Assembly (NCBI GenBank): GCA_964016885.1
Contig: OZ024750.1
Coordinates: 30,318,001 to 30,382,000, forward strand
Reading direction: 5' to 3'
Origin: Eledone cirrhosa
Taxonomy: Eukaryota
DNA length: 64,000 nucleotides
Part shown: positions 1 through 12,088 of the stretch, one piece after another
Layout of the letters: each line of letters opens with the position of its first letter
Position numbering within the stretch: position 1 is the first letter of the stretch
The notes under the pieces: model-generated
The model's input: only the letters and a program-made list of their open reading frames with translations
What the model was told of the DNA's origin: nothing
The model's database searches: none
Made by a program: the position numbers and the translations under genes

Positions 1-362
1 TATATACACACAAACACACACACAAGCACACACACATATATATATATATATATATACACTCACACACCATCATCATTTAACGTCCATATTCCACGCTTGC
101 ATGGGTTTGGACGGGAGTTTTCCCACTTGAGGCAAGAGTGGTTGTCTTGCTCATATATATATACACACACACAAACACACACACATATATATATACACAC
201 ACAAACACACACACACATATATATATATATATACACACAAACAAAGACACACATATATATACACACACACATATATATATATATACACATACACACACAT
301 ATATATATATATACACTCACACACAAACACATATATATATATATATACACACACACATACAC

Positions 363-393
<31 letters not shown>

Positions 394-900
394 AACAAAG
401 ACACACACATATATTTATATACACACACACAAACACACACACACATATATATATATTCTATATAAAAGTGTCTAGATGTTTCCACCCTACTTTCCATCTC
501 TTTCCATTCATTAATTTTCATAAATATTCTAGAAATGTCCAATATTGGTGGTGTTGTCTTTCTGAGTAATGGTGGTTCTTGGAAAATACTAATTCACTTA
601 TACATTCTAACTTCCAATGTAGGTATATATATGTGTGTGTGTGTGTGTGTACCAGTGTGAGTGTGTGTGTGTGTGTACTAGTGTGTGTGTATGTGTGTGT
701 GTGTGTGTGTGTACATATGTGTGTATGTGAACATGTGAGTGTGTATGTGAACATGTGAGTGTGTATGTGAACATGTGAGTGTGTATGTGTGCATGTGTAC
801 ATATGTGTGTGTGTGTATGTGTACATATGTGTGTGTGTATGTGTACATATGTGTGTTGTGTACATGTGTGTATGTGTATATGTGTGTGTGTATGTATAAA
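1..900. repeat. Compound (TA)n/(CA)n/(TG)n microsatellite tracts, with an RTE-tail SINE fragment at ~67-152
   Basis: Dinucleotide tracts are directly visible; 67-152 is nearly identical to 17370-17455. Confidence 0.95.
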
Positions 901-1089
901 TTCAGTAAAATCTTCCAATAGAAACCAGAGCTAGAGTCTCTAAGAAATACCATTCCAAGATAACAATGGCAAAGAGTTACGTATTTTCAATGTTTTGCTA
1001 ACAATTGAATTTACAGAAGAATACAAGATGGCCAGTTTCTTTGCCTAAAACATTCAGATTTTGAGATTATTTCTTAAGCATTTTTTTAA

Positions 1090-1312
1090 GGGGAGCATAT
1101 TGCAGTATCAGTATAGTGTTGGACAATATGCTTTGTAGTATATTTTTACATTCCTTTACGTACTGAGTTCAAATACTGCCGAGATTAGCTTTGCCTTTCA
1201 TCCTTACGGGGTCGATAAAATAAAGTACCAGTAATGCACTGGGGTGAATTTAATTGATGTATCTTTGCTCCAAAATTGTTGGCCTTCTGCCTCAATGTGA
1301 AACCATTATTTA
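1090..1312 (+). mobile_element. tRNA-head SINE family A, diverged copy
   Basis: gagttcaaat B-box-like motif, body tttgcctttcatccttacggggtcgataaaataaagtaccagtaatgcactggg, and gaaaccattatt tail. Confidence 0.85.
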
Positions 1313-1746
1313 TTAAACCTTTACTATGTACATTACTCTATATTTACTATAGAGCGGTGGATTGGCAGTATCGGTAGAGAGTCGGACGGCATGCTTTGAA
1401 ACATGGAGTTACGTCCCTTTACGGTCTGAGTTCAAATCCCGCCGAGGTTCACTTTGCCTTTCATCCTTACGGGGTCAATAAAATAAAGTACCAGTAATGC
1501 ACTGGGTAATTGCTGGCCTTGTGCCAAAAGTAGAAACAATTACTCTATATTTACTATTGTATTTTCACGGTAAAGGCTTTGTTTCACATAATTATCTCAT
1601 AATATTGAATCTATGAGATTTTCATATCAATTATTTTGAGAACAATACCATAATATAATTATGAGCAACTGGTTACAATCAGTTTGAACAGAAAGAGGTG
1701 AGAGAATTCTGGCTGGATATAGCCAGTTTAAATGCTAAAGGGTTAA
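1313..1746. mobile_element. piggyBac-like ~220-bp MITE (family 1) interrupted by a SINE A copy at 1351-1541
   Basis: TTAA at both ends; right end aatgctaaaggg-ttaa; SINE flanked by the duplicated target attactctatatttactat. Confidence 0.85.
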
Positions 1747-2844
1747 ATGTTTAGTAATATAACCAAGTGCACAAAGGAAATTTATATATACACTGTGTGT
1801 ACCCTGGTTTTTAGAAGAGATAAACTGTATCCTTGACAACATTGTGTCAAAACATTCTGTTGAATAGATGATAAGTGGATGTGATGATGATGATGATGAC
1901 TCTGTAAAATTGTTAGCTTTAGGAAAGGCATCTGACTGTAGAAACCAAGAAACCATATGAAATGTATGTATACATGTGTGTGTGTTTGTGTGTGTGAATG
2001 TGTACATGCGTGAGGGTGTATGTATACCTGTGTGAGTGTGTATGTATATGAGTACTTATGAGTGTGTATGTGTACGAGTACTTATGAGTGTGTATGAGTA
2101 TGAGTATGTATGAGCGTATGCATATATGTGTGAGTGTATGAGATCTCAGACTTTGTCAACCCGTTCAACCCATGCCATCATAGAAAGCAGATATGAAATG
2201 ATGATGATGATGATGATAAACAAATTTAGTTTGGCTGTATGTATCGTACAAGAGTCCTTATATATATATACACCTTTATTTTGAATCACACTGTGTTAGT
2301 TCTATTGCTAATTAACACAAGCCAGACAAGCTTGCCCTATATGTCAATAAGCTTTCAACAACAAAAAAGCAATGTTGGGGAAATAGCCAAAATGGTGGAT
2401 AGGGAAATATGGTGTTATGACCTGTCACCTGATTTGGCAGGGGTGGTTGTGGACACTGTAGTGGAAAATGTAGACTTAGGAATTTCCTAAGTGTGGTCAG
2501 TGCAAGAAATATCAAAACCTACTAAATTGTAATTAGAAATTATTTTATTTGGGAGAAGAAGGCACACGTCGTAGGGTCAGCATAGGGCACTAAATAATAA
2601 AATGTCAGCTCTGCATATGTGCCTTTATTTGGCATTTTAGACCCAGTATTAGTCCCCCATTTTTTAATACTAAATTTGCCATTTGAGAAAATATTCCCCT
2701 TCTACATTAAAACCAGGAAAATATTGGCCACTACTAACAAAATTTAATCTTAAATGGAGAGAAAGATAAGAGGCCTAAATAATTTTTAACTTTCGGTATT
2801 TTATTATGAGGATAAAAATCCTTTTTACAGACAGAATACATAGA

Positions 2845-3940
2845 CGTTAACCCCTATATTACCAAATTTCTAATAAAAGCTTGCCTATGTTTAACCCTTT
2901 CATTACCAAATTTCTAATAAAAGACTGCCTGTTTAACCCTTTCAGTACCATATTTTAAATGAAAGACACTGCATTTGTATAACCTCTTCATTACCATATT
3001 TCTAATGAAAGACACTGGCTATGTTTAAACCTTTCAGTACCATATTTCAAATGAAAGATACTGTCTATGTTTAACCTTTTCATTCTCATATTTCTAATGA
3101 AAGACACTGTCTATGTATAACCCTTTCATTACCATATTTCTAATGAAAGACACTATATATGTTTAACCCTTTCATTACCATATTTCTAATGAAAGACACT
3201 GCCTATGTATAACCTTTTCATTACCATATTTCTAATGAAAGACACTGTCTATGTTTAACCCTTTCATTACCATATTTCTAATGAAAGACACTGCCCATGT
3301 ATAACCTTTTCATTACCATATTTCTAATGAAAGACACTGTCTATGTTTAACCCTTTCATTACCATATTTCTAATGAAAGACACTGTCTATGTTTAACCCT
3401 TTCATTACCATATTTCTAATGAAAGACACTGCCTATGTATAACCTTTTCATTACCATATTTCTAATGAAAGACACTGTCTATGTTTAACCCTTTCATTAC
3501 CATATTTCTAATGAAAGACACTGCCTATGTATAACCTTTTCATTACCATATTTCTAATGAAAGACACTGTCTATGTTTAACCCTTTCATTACCATATTTC
3601 TAATGAAAGACACTGCCTATGTATAACCTTTTCATTACCATATTTCTAATGAAAGACACTGCCTATGTATAACCTTTTCATTACCATATTTCTAATGAAA
3701 GACACTGTCTATGTTTAACCCTTTCATTACCATATTTCTAATGAAAGACACTGCCTATGTATAACCTTTTCATTACCATATTTCTAATGAAAGACACTGC
3801 CTATGTATAACCTTTTCATTACCATATTTCTAATGAAAGACACTGTCTATGTTTAACCCTTTCATTACCATATTTCTAATGAAAGACACTGCCTATGTAT
3901 AACCTTTTCATTACCATATTTCTAATGAAAGGCACTGCCA
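2845..3940. repeat. 46-bp minisatellite, ~23 copies
   Basis: Unit tttaaccctttcattaccatatttctaatgaaagacactgtctatg; period read directly (3181, 3227, 3273); two alternating variants. Confidence 0.97.
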
Positions 3941-4085
3941 TCATATTTCGATTATTTTTTTTAATTATCAACATTTTGAAGGGATTTGAAAACATAACTT
4001 ATTTTCTCACATTTAAGCTGGTGTTTGGAACAAAACCGAACAAAAATTTCTTAAATGAAATTAAAATGGGAAGTTTTAACATAAG
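3897..4085. mobile_element. Partial TTAA-type MITE (family 2)
   Basis: Reverse-complement match to 34910-35088 (aagctggtgtttggaaca core, atatggtaatgaaagggtt end); related pieces at 23655-23810, 38270-38560, 40190-40290. Confidence 0.7.
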
Positions 4086-4224
4086 TTCTTGACAGGATGA
4101 AAGGAGCCACTTTACCTTATGATATCCTAGTTCATTTGTCAACCAGTTTATAGAGGGTAGTGAGTACTGTTGGGTTGTCTTTAACACACTGAGGCACCAT
4201 ATATTCAGTTGCAACACAGAGGGT

Positions 4225-5055
4225 TGTTAGTCAACACACAGTGCAAGTTTCACATCAACACACAGTAATTTGCCAGTAACACACAGTAATTTGCCAGTGA
4301 ACCCATACAGTAAGTTGCCAGTCAACACACAATAAGTTGGTAGTCAACACCCACAGTAAGTTTCCAGTCAACACAATAAATTGTCAGTCAACACACACAG
4401 TAAGTTGCCAGTCAACACACAATAAATTGCCAGTCAACACATACAGTAAGTTGCAAGTCAACACACAGTAAGTTACCAGTCAACACACAATACGTTGGCA
4501 GTCAACACACAGTAAGTTACCAGTCAACACACAATAAGTTGGCAGTCAACACTCACAATAAGTTGCCAGTCAATGCACAATAAATTGCCAGTCAATACAC
4601 ACAGTAAGTTACCAGTCAATACACAATAAGTTGCCAGTCAACACAATAAATTGCCAGTCAATACACACAGTAAGTTACCAGTCAACACACAATAAGTTGC
4701 CAGTCAACACAATAAATTGCCAGTCAATACACACACAGTAAGTTACCAGTCAACACACAATAAGTTGCCAGTCAACACAATAAATTGCCAGTCAATACAC
4801 ACAGTAAGTTACCAGTCAACACACAGTAAGTTGCCAATCAACACACAATAAGTTGCCAGTCAACACACAATAAGTTGCCAGTCAACACCCACAGTAAGTT
4901 GCCAGTCAACACACAGTAAGTTGCCAATCAACACACAATAAGTTGCCAGTCAACACACAATAAGTTGCCAGTCAACACCCACAGTAAGTTGCCAGTCAAC
5001 ACCCACAGTAAGTTGCCAGTCAACACACACAGTGAGTAGCCAGTCAACCCACAAA
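4225..5055. repeat. ~22-bp minisatellite (agtaagttgccagtcaacacac) with variable CA spacer
   Basis: Directly visible tandem units. Confidence 0.95.
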
Positions 5056-5217
5056 TCATTAAAATAACTTTATATTAATAAGACATTTCAATATGGTGGA
5101 CATTAGCAGGGTTTCACCTAGTTCTCACAATCCGAAAATTTCTACATCATGAAATAATTAGTATTGACAGCCAACAGCTTAACATGCCAAACCATCAAAT
5201 AAAAGATGGATAGATTA

Positions 5218-5388
5218 TCATTGTTATTATTGTTATTATTATTATTGTCATTATTGTTATTATTATTGTCATTATTGTTGTTGTTGTTGTTGTTGTATAT
5301 GATTATATTTCACCTTCAGAAGATATATATTGAAATATTGTAGAATGGGAAATATTTTATGTTTATTTATCAAGGCTAAGTGTGTGTT

Positions 5389-5439
<51 letters not shown>

Positions 5440-5631
5440 CTGTGTGTGTGTGTGTGTCTGTGTGTGCGTGTGCGTGTATAATTTTTCTATGCTCACACTG
5501 TTTCTCCATGCTTGCATATATGTGTGTGTGTGTGTGTGGTGTGTTTTGTATGTGTGTATGTGTGTCCTGTGTGTGTCTGTATGTATGAGTTTGTGCATGC
5601 GTGTGAAAGTAATTATGCATAATATCTAGGT

Positions 5632-5669
<38 letters not shown>

Positions 5670-5700
5670 ATATTATATTATATTTTATATATATATATTA
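5218..5700. repeat. (TTA)/(TTG), (TG)n and (TA)n microsatellites
   Basis: Directly visible. Confidence 0.9.
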
Positions 5701-5742
5701 AATTCAAATATTAATAAAATATACGTTCTTGTTATCAATTAA

Positions 5743-5808
5743 ATTTTATTATACATATTTCAGAGGTACTTGAATCAAGTTCAATAGTACGTCCTCATCA
5801 GATAAAAT
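5743..5808 (-). ncRNA. Type I hammerhead ribozyme fold
   Basis: Minus strand reads attttat-CTGATGA-ggacgtac..ttgaa/ttcaa..gtacctct-GAAA-tatgta-TA-ataaaat: 7-bp stem I, paired stem II, minimal stem III, AUA cleavage triplet. Confidence 0.75.
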
Positions 5809-5873
5809 AAAATGATACATGACATACCCTGACATGTTAAATGGTTAAGATATAATCAAGGTATATATATATA

Positions 5874-6290
5874 TAGAATAAGAAAATGCAAAGTAGTTTC
5901 AGATATTACAATCCTTTATTGATAAAGCTGTGATACATATTTCAATGACAACAGTGGCCACGCGATTCCACATAGCCACTGGAATGGGTGAAAGCTTCAA
6001 GAACATCACTTTTGTCTGTTCCCTTGTCGTTTCAATTTGGATTGCCTCGGGAACGTAACCTTATTATGTAAGAAGCTGTCTGATGAGATCATGGCACTGG
6101 GTACGTGGAATTGCTTGGCCACTGTTGTCATTGAAATATGTATCACAGCCTTATCAATAAAGGATTGTAACATCTGAAACTACTTCGCATTTTCTTATTC
6201 TAAATATACTCCGTCATTCCTATGTGGATAAAGTACATTGAGTGCTTGAGTTGAATTGCATCAATATTTACTATAAGAATATATAAGTAT
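5874..6290 (+). mobile_element. Penelope-like pseudo-LTR / retrozyme-like element with inverted partial duplication
   Basis: ~100-bp inverted arms 5874-5973 and 6102-6202; contains a hammerhead at 6075-6149; flanked by TA-rich tracts. Confidence 0.65.
6075..6149 (+). ncRNA. Type I hammerhead ribozyme fold
   Basis: gctgt-CTGATGA-long imperfect stem II-GAAA-tatgta-TC-acagc; stem I gctgt/acagc; predicted cleavage after 6144 (AUC). Confidence 0.75.
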
Positions 6291-6370
6291 ATCATCATCA
6301 TCATCATCGTTTAACGTCTATCTGCCACACTAGGTTTATATATATGTATATATGGGTATATATATATGGG

Positions 6371-6660
6371 TATATATGATGAAGGAAGTGTGATAAGGAA
6401 CCAGATGGACCATAACGCACCAGAGTACGCAATACTTAGGGTAGTAGAGTGGGTAATAGGAAAAGGTTCAGGACCCCAACGGCAGAGCTCAAGCCGTTTT
6501 GATGGTTATTTCTGGACTGAAATAGCCGTCGAAACGGCTTGAGCTCTGCCGTTGGGGTCCTGAACCTTTTCCTATTACCCACTCTACTCCCCTAAGTATT
6601 GAGTACTCTGGTGCGTTATGGTGCACCTGGTACCTTACCACACTTCCTTTGTTATATATA
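6371..6660. repeat. ~290-bp fold-back palindrome of an interspersed element
   Basis: ~140-bp arms around a 6-nt loop (tggact, 6513-6518); a single-arm relative lies at 12150-12285. Confidence 0.92.
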
Positions 6661-6802
6661 TATATATATATATATACTATTCTATATACTGTAGATCTCA
6701 ACATCATATATCAATAACCATATCATCCTTATTTTACTTATTACTGTCCAGAAGGACCCAGTACTGTTACTGGTACGGCTTTTCCATGCCCAACATTTTA
6801 TA

Positions 6803-7495
6803 TTGGCAGAGTCGTTAGAGCATTGAACAACATACTTTGCAGTATGGAGTTACTGCCTTTTACAATCTGAGTTCAAATCCTGCCACGGTTAGATTTGCCT
6901 TTCATCATTAGGAGGTCAATAAAATAAAGTACCAGTAATGCACTGGGGTTAATTTAATTGATTTTCTCTTCCTTTCAAATTGCTGGCCTTGTGCCTATAT
7001 AAGAAAACATTATTATTGGCAACAATCGGTAGAACGTCGGAAAACACGCTTTGTGACACAGAGTTAGGGCCCTTTACGTTCTGAGTTTAAATTATACCAA
7101 GGTTAGCTTTGCTTTTCATCTTTACAGGGTGGATAAAATAAAGTACCAGTAATGCACTGGGGTTGATGTAATCAATTTTCCCCTCCCCTACAATTGCTGG
7201 ATCTTTTGCCTAAATCAGAAACCATTTTTATTATTAATAATATTATTTTTACACGCAGAAATGCCCATTTGTACCGTCCTGTATTGTCCTGTACCGTCCT
7301 TAATGTCTACTTTATGTAAACCCTGGTGGTTAATAAAGAAAGCATTATTAATATTATTATTATATATCATCATTCTGAGTTCAAATCCCGCCGAGGTTAA
7401 CTTTGCCTTTCATCCTTAAGGGGTCGATAAAATAAAGTACCAGTAATACACTGAATAATTTGCTGGCCTTGTGCCTAACGTAGAAACAATTATTA
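6803..7495 (+). mobile_element. Three SINE A copies (6803-7016, 7017-7230, truncated 7372-7495)
   Basis: Each carries gagtt(c/t)aaat and the cctttcatc..aataaagtaccagtaat body. Confidence 0.88.
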
Positions 7496-7984
7496 TATAT
7501 CATCATCATCATCATCACCATCATAAACAATAATAGAGAAGGAAGCAATTCAATGAAGTACAACTTTTCTGTACAATAAATATATTGACTTTATAATATA
7601 ACAAGAGGCAAAATAAGACATCATATGACACAATAGTAACACCAATTTGTTAAAACTCATTGTTATATAGGGTAACATGGCCTACAGCAACTTCAAACTA
7701 AAATACTTCTGCAGCAGAATTCCAGTTTTCTATGTGACAAAAGCTCCTTTAAGAAACTGTTAAAAGATGATAAACTTCATATGAAGCAGAAGATAGAAAT
7801 AAGATTAAGTACACAGCATGATATCCTGTCTTTAATATCTTTTCTATGTTTTTCATTGGTCAAATTACAGATTGCCTTCAGCTGTTACTACACATTTGCA
7901 AACACAATACTATTATTTAATGTGTGTGTGTACATATATATATATATACGTAAAATGATGATGATACACATCTACATTATATAT

Positions 7985-8301
7985 CATCATCATTTTACGT
8001 CCACTTTTCCCTGCTTGCAAGGGTGGGACGGGAACTGATTCTGGCTTGATTTCTACAGCTGGATGCCCTTCCTAACACCAACCTCATTTACAGTGTGGGC
8101 TGGGTGCTTTTTTGCCGTGGCACCTCCACGACCACTTTGCAGTGGAATGATAGGGACCCCAGTCCTATCATCTCATTTCTACAGCTGAGTAAACTGGAGC
8201 AATGTGAAATAAAGTGTCTTGTCCAAAGAAACAACACATCACCCGGTCTGAGAATTGAACTCACAACCTTTCGATTGCAAGGCCAATGCTCTAACCACTA
8301 A

Positions 8302-8306
<5 letters not shown>
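7985..8306 (-). mobile_element. tRNA-head SINE family B with RTE-type (ATG)n tail
   Basis: Minus strand begins tggcttagtggttagagc (A box), then gagttcaattc (B box), and ends cccttgcaagcagggaaaagtggacgtaaaatgatgatg. Confidence 0.92.
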
Positions 8307-8377
<71 letters not shown>

Positions 8378-8524
8378 GAGTATACGTTGGTTGTTTACCG
8401 ACACCTCAGTATGCAGATTGGAGCACTCGACGAAGTACGCAGGTTGGTTTGGTTACTCTGGAGTAATGTAAAATAAAGTAATTAAGTCAAATATTTAAAA
8501 TGTGGCTTCGTTTATTAAAGATGT

Positions 8525-8579
8525 ACTGCTATATATATTTCAGTGACTGCCATCATTGGCTGTGACCTCTTCAGGCAGT
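8525..8579 (-). ncRNA. Type I hammerhead ribozyme fold
   Basis: Minus strand actgc-CTGAAGA-ggtcacagcca-atga-tggcagtcact-GAAA-tatata-TA-gcagt; 5-bp stem I, 11-position stem II with 2 mismatches, palindromic stem III. Confidence 0.78.
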
Positions 8580-8584
8580 TCGAA

Positions 8585-8815
8585 TTGGTGTGGTAGAGAC
8601 AGGGACACATGTTGTTAAAGTGTTTTACTCCGTCAATACTCCGATATGTCCAGCTCCTGGTTAGGTTGTTATTTCTCTGAGGAACTGGAATCATATATAT
8701 ATCATATGATTCCAGTTCCTCAGAGAAATAACAACCCAACCAGGAGCTGGACATATCGGAGTATTGACGGAGTAAAACACTTTAACAACATGTGTACCTG
8801 TCTCTACCACACCAA
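8585..8815. repeat. ~230-bp fold-back inverted repeat abutting the hammerhead
   Basis: Arms 8585-8696 and 8704-8815; explains the twin ORFs 8515..8754(-) and 8646..8840(+). Confidence 0.93.
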
Positions 8816-9404
8816 ACCGCTTTTGTCACACATCCTGTGACCTCCTGAGTGACTAGGATTTTAATTTTTGTGTCTCTCCTTTGTCCTACACCATCTTGGT
8901 TTTGTGTGTTGTTTTTGAATATGGTGAGTGTGAAAAAAACTGCATTCAATTAAGACTATCCTTACAATTTCAAGGTAAAATCTCCCTTTTGTAGTGTTGA
9001 GGTTTTGAGAAGCTAGCAAAATAGAGAAATAGTGTAGCTTTAGCTGCGCCAAGTCTTTTAAAACAATTTAAGACAAAAACAATGCAGTGAGAGTGGATCC
9101 TGTCTATAAGCCAGCCTGATGAAAATATAAGACATGTTTCATTCTTCTTAGATTTCTTCAGTGAATTTTATTCACAGAATCAGTTAACTAGACTTAGAAT
9201 ATGGCTAATTTTATAGGAAAGTGTAAGAAATGATATTATTATAACAGAGTATATTAATCACAAAGGAAAATATATAAGATATTGGAAATATATAACACAC
9301 ACACCACACACACATATATATATTACATATACTATATACTGTATATAATGATCATATATATATATATATGTGATTGTTATATACAGTACATGTAGCATAT
9401 ATAT

Positions 9405-10220
9405 ATATAAGTTACATATACTGTACATTGTGTGTGTATGTGTGTGTTACATATACTGTATATTGTGTGTGTATATGTGTGTTACATATACTGTATATTG
9501 TGTGTGTATGTGTGTGTTACATATACTGTATAGTGTGTGTGTGTATGTGTGTGTTACATATACTGTATAGTGTGTGTGTATGTGTGTGTTACATATACTG
9601 TATAGTGTGTGTGAGTGTATGTGTGTGTTACATATACTGTATAGTGTGTGTGAGTGTATGTGTGTGTTACATATACTGTATAGTGTGTGTGTATGTGTGT
9701 GTTACATATACTGTATAGTGTGTGTGAGTGTATGTGTGTGTTACATATACTGTATAGTGTGTGTGTATGTGTGTGTTACATATACTGTATAGTGTGTGTG
9801 TGTGTATGTGTGTGTTACATATACTGTATAGTGTGTGTGTATATGTGTGTTACATATACTGTATAGTATGTGTGTGTATGTGTGTTACATATACTGTATA
9901 GTGTGTGTGTGTGTATGTGTGTGTTACATATACTGTATAGTGTGTGTGTGTGTATGTGTGTGTTACATATACTGTATAGTGTGTGAGTATATGTGTGTGT
10001 TACATATACTGTATAGTGTGTGTGAGTATATGTGTGTTACATATACTGTAGTGTGTGTGAGTGTATGTGTGTTACATATACTGTATAGTGTGTGAGTGTA
10101 TGTGTGTTACATATACTGTATAGTGTGTGTTACATACACTGTATAGTGTGTGTGTATGTGTGTGTTACATATACTGTGTAGTGTGTGTGTGTGTATGTGT
10201 GTGTTACATATACTGTGTAC
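9405..10220. repeat. ~35-bp minisatellite gttacatatactgtatag(tg)n
   Basis: Directly visible tandem units. Confidence 0.95.
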
Positions 10221-10314
10221 AACAATCATATATAGAGAGATATAAATATATAATATGATTGGAAAGTGAAGTTTTTAAGTAGTCAGCCATAGCTGCCTTC
10301 TTCCACATCAATAC

Positions 10315-10883
10315 AGAGAAAGAAAGGAAGAAGGAAAGAGGGAGAAAAGATGAAAGAAACAGGCAGGAAAGTAAAAAGAAAGAAAGAGAGAAAGATAGGA
10401 AGAAAGAAAGGAAGAAAGAAAGGAATAAAGAAAGTAAAAAGAAAGAAAGAGAGAAAGGAAGGAAGAAAGAAAGGAAGAAAGAAAGTAAAAAGAAAGAAAA
10501 AGAAATAGACAGACATAAAAAAAGGGGGGAAGAAATAGCCAAAGAAAAAAGAGACAAAAGAAAGAAAGAAAAAGAGAGAAAGGAAAGAAAAAGGAAAGAG
10601 AGAAAGAAAAGCAGATAATTCCCATTTTTTTTACCAAAGTAATGTTATGAGAAAGGTTTCAGTTCACAGTAACAACAACAACAGTAACAACAACAACAGT
10701 AACAACAACAGCAACAACAACAACAGTAACAACAACAACAACAACAGTAACGACCTCAACAGTAACATCATCAACAGTAACAACAACAACAACAGTAACT
10801 ACAACAGTAACAATAACAACAACAGTAACTACAACAGTAACAATAACAACAACAGTAACAACAACAACAGTAACAACAACAGT

Positions 10884-10918
<35 letters not shown>

Positions 10919-10935
10919 CGACGACAACGACAACG

Positions 10936-10978
<43 letters not shown>

Positions 10979-11232
10979 ATATCATTACACAACTGGATCA
11001 GGTAAACTTAATCAACAAAATTCTATTTCTGAGTGACAATGTCAGGTGAAATTTATACATTATTAAAGATCTCTACATTCTTATAGATGTGATTAAATTA
11101 ATGGAAAGAAATTCAGGTATGTAGAAGATAAGTTCAGTGAGTGTATATAGTATAAGTGCCTAAGTGTGTGTGTTTGTATGTATGTATGTATGTATATGTA
11201 TGTATGTATGTATGTATGTATACATATGTATG

Positions 11233-11268
<36 letters not shown>

Positions 11269-11366
11269 TATATATATGTATGTATGTATGTATACATATG
11301 TATGTATATATATATACATATGTATGTATATATATATACATATGTATGTATATATATATATGTATG

Positions 11367-11405
<39 letters not shown>

Positions 11406-11464
11406 TGTACAGTTTGTAATATGCTGTCATTAATGGCAAAGCACTTTGCTTGTTCCTATTACAA

Positions 11465-11508
<44 letters not shown>

Positions 11509-11540
11509 ATATATGTATATGTATATCTATGTATATGTAT
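10315..11540. repeat. Microsatellite cluster: (GAAA)-rich 10315-10610, (AAC)n 10668-10978, (TATG)/(TA)n 11165-11540
   Basis: Directly visible. Confidence 0.95.
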
Positions 11541-12088
11541 GGTCAGGTCGTTGGCGACTAAACTGGCAACCCCACCAAGGTTTCTTGGTGAGGAGGGTGA
11601 CTTTGGACATCCTGCAGGACTAAAAACAAAACCTGTCAAAGGGCAAAGGAGCTCTTAAGAGTCAATGGCCATCCAAAACCACCGGGAGAGATGACCCCTT
11701 AGCCTTTGTCAAGGCAATTCTAGGAGAAGAAAAACTCTGATATAACACCTGTAACCCTGATGGTATCCAATGATGTTGACTTGTTATTCTTTTTGGTAAA
11801 TATCATCTTGGTTAAGAGAGTGGGACTGGCTTTGTGCAGTGCCTTTGCTCACTATAAAAGCTTCACGGCACAGGCATTGCTTTATATCTGGAGATCTCGC
11901 TGCACTTGTCATCACATGGTACCATGGGCCCAGCACTATGTGTCAGTAATTGTCACAAGTGTAGTGTTTGTACCAGAGTTTTCAAGTCGCTGGCTGGACT
12001 AAAAAGTCACACTCGTTCAACGCATCGGTAGACGTTCTCCTACATGGATATAAAGTAGTGGCCGTACTCGAAAACGAGTTGGCAGCCA

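Noticed and set aside
60-953. Long Cys/Val/Tyr or His/Thr ORFs here and at 5.3, 9.4, 11.1, 28.7-29.6 and 35.7 kb
   Set aside because: Translations of dinucleotide microsatellites, open in many frames.
10647-11036. Poly-Asn ORF
   Set aside because: (AAC)n microsatellite with no flanking domain; a low-complexity exon cannot be formally excluded.
11541-11640. HDV-like ribozyme at the RTE-like 5' end
   Set aside because: Hairpins are present but I could not assign the nested double pseudoknot by eye.
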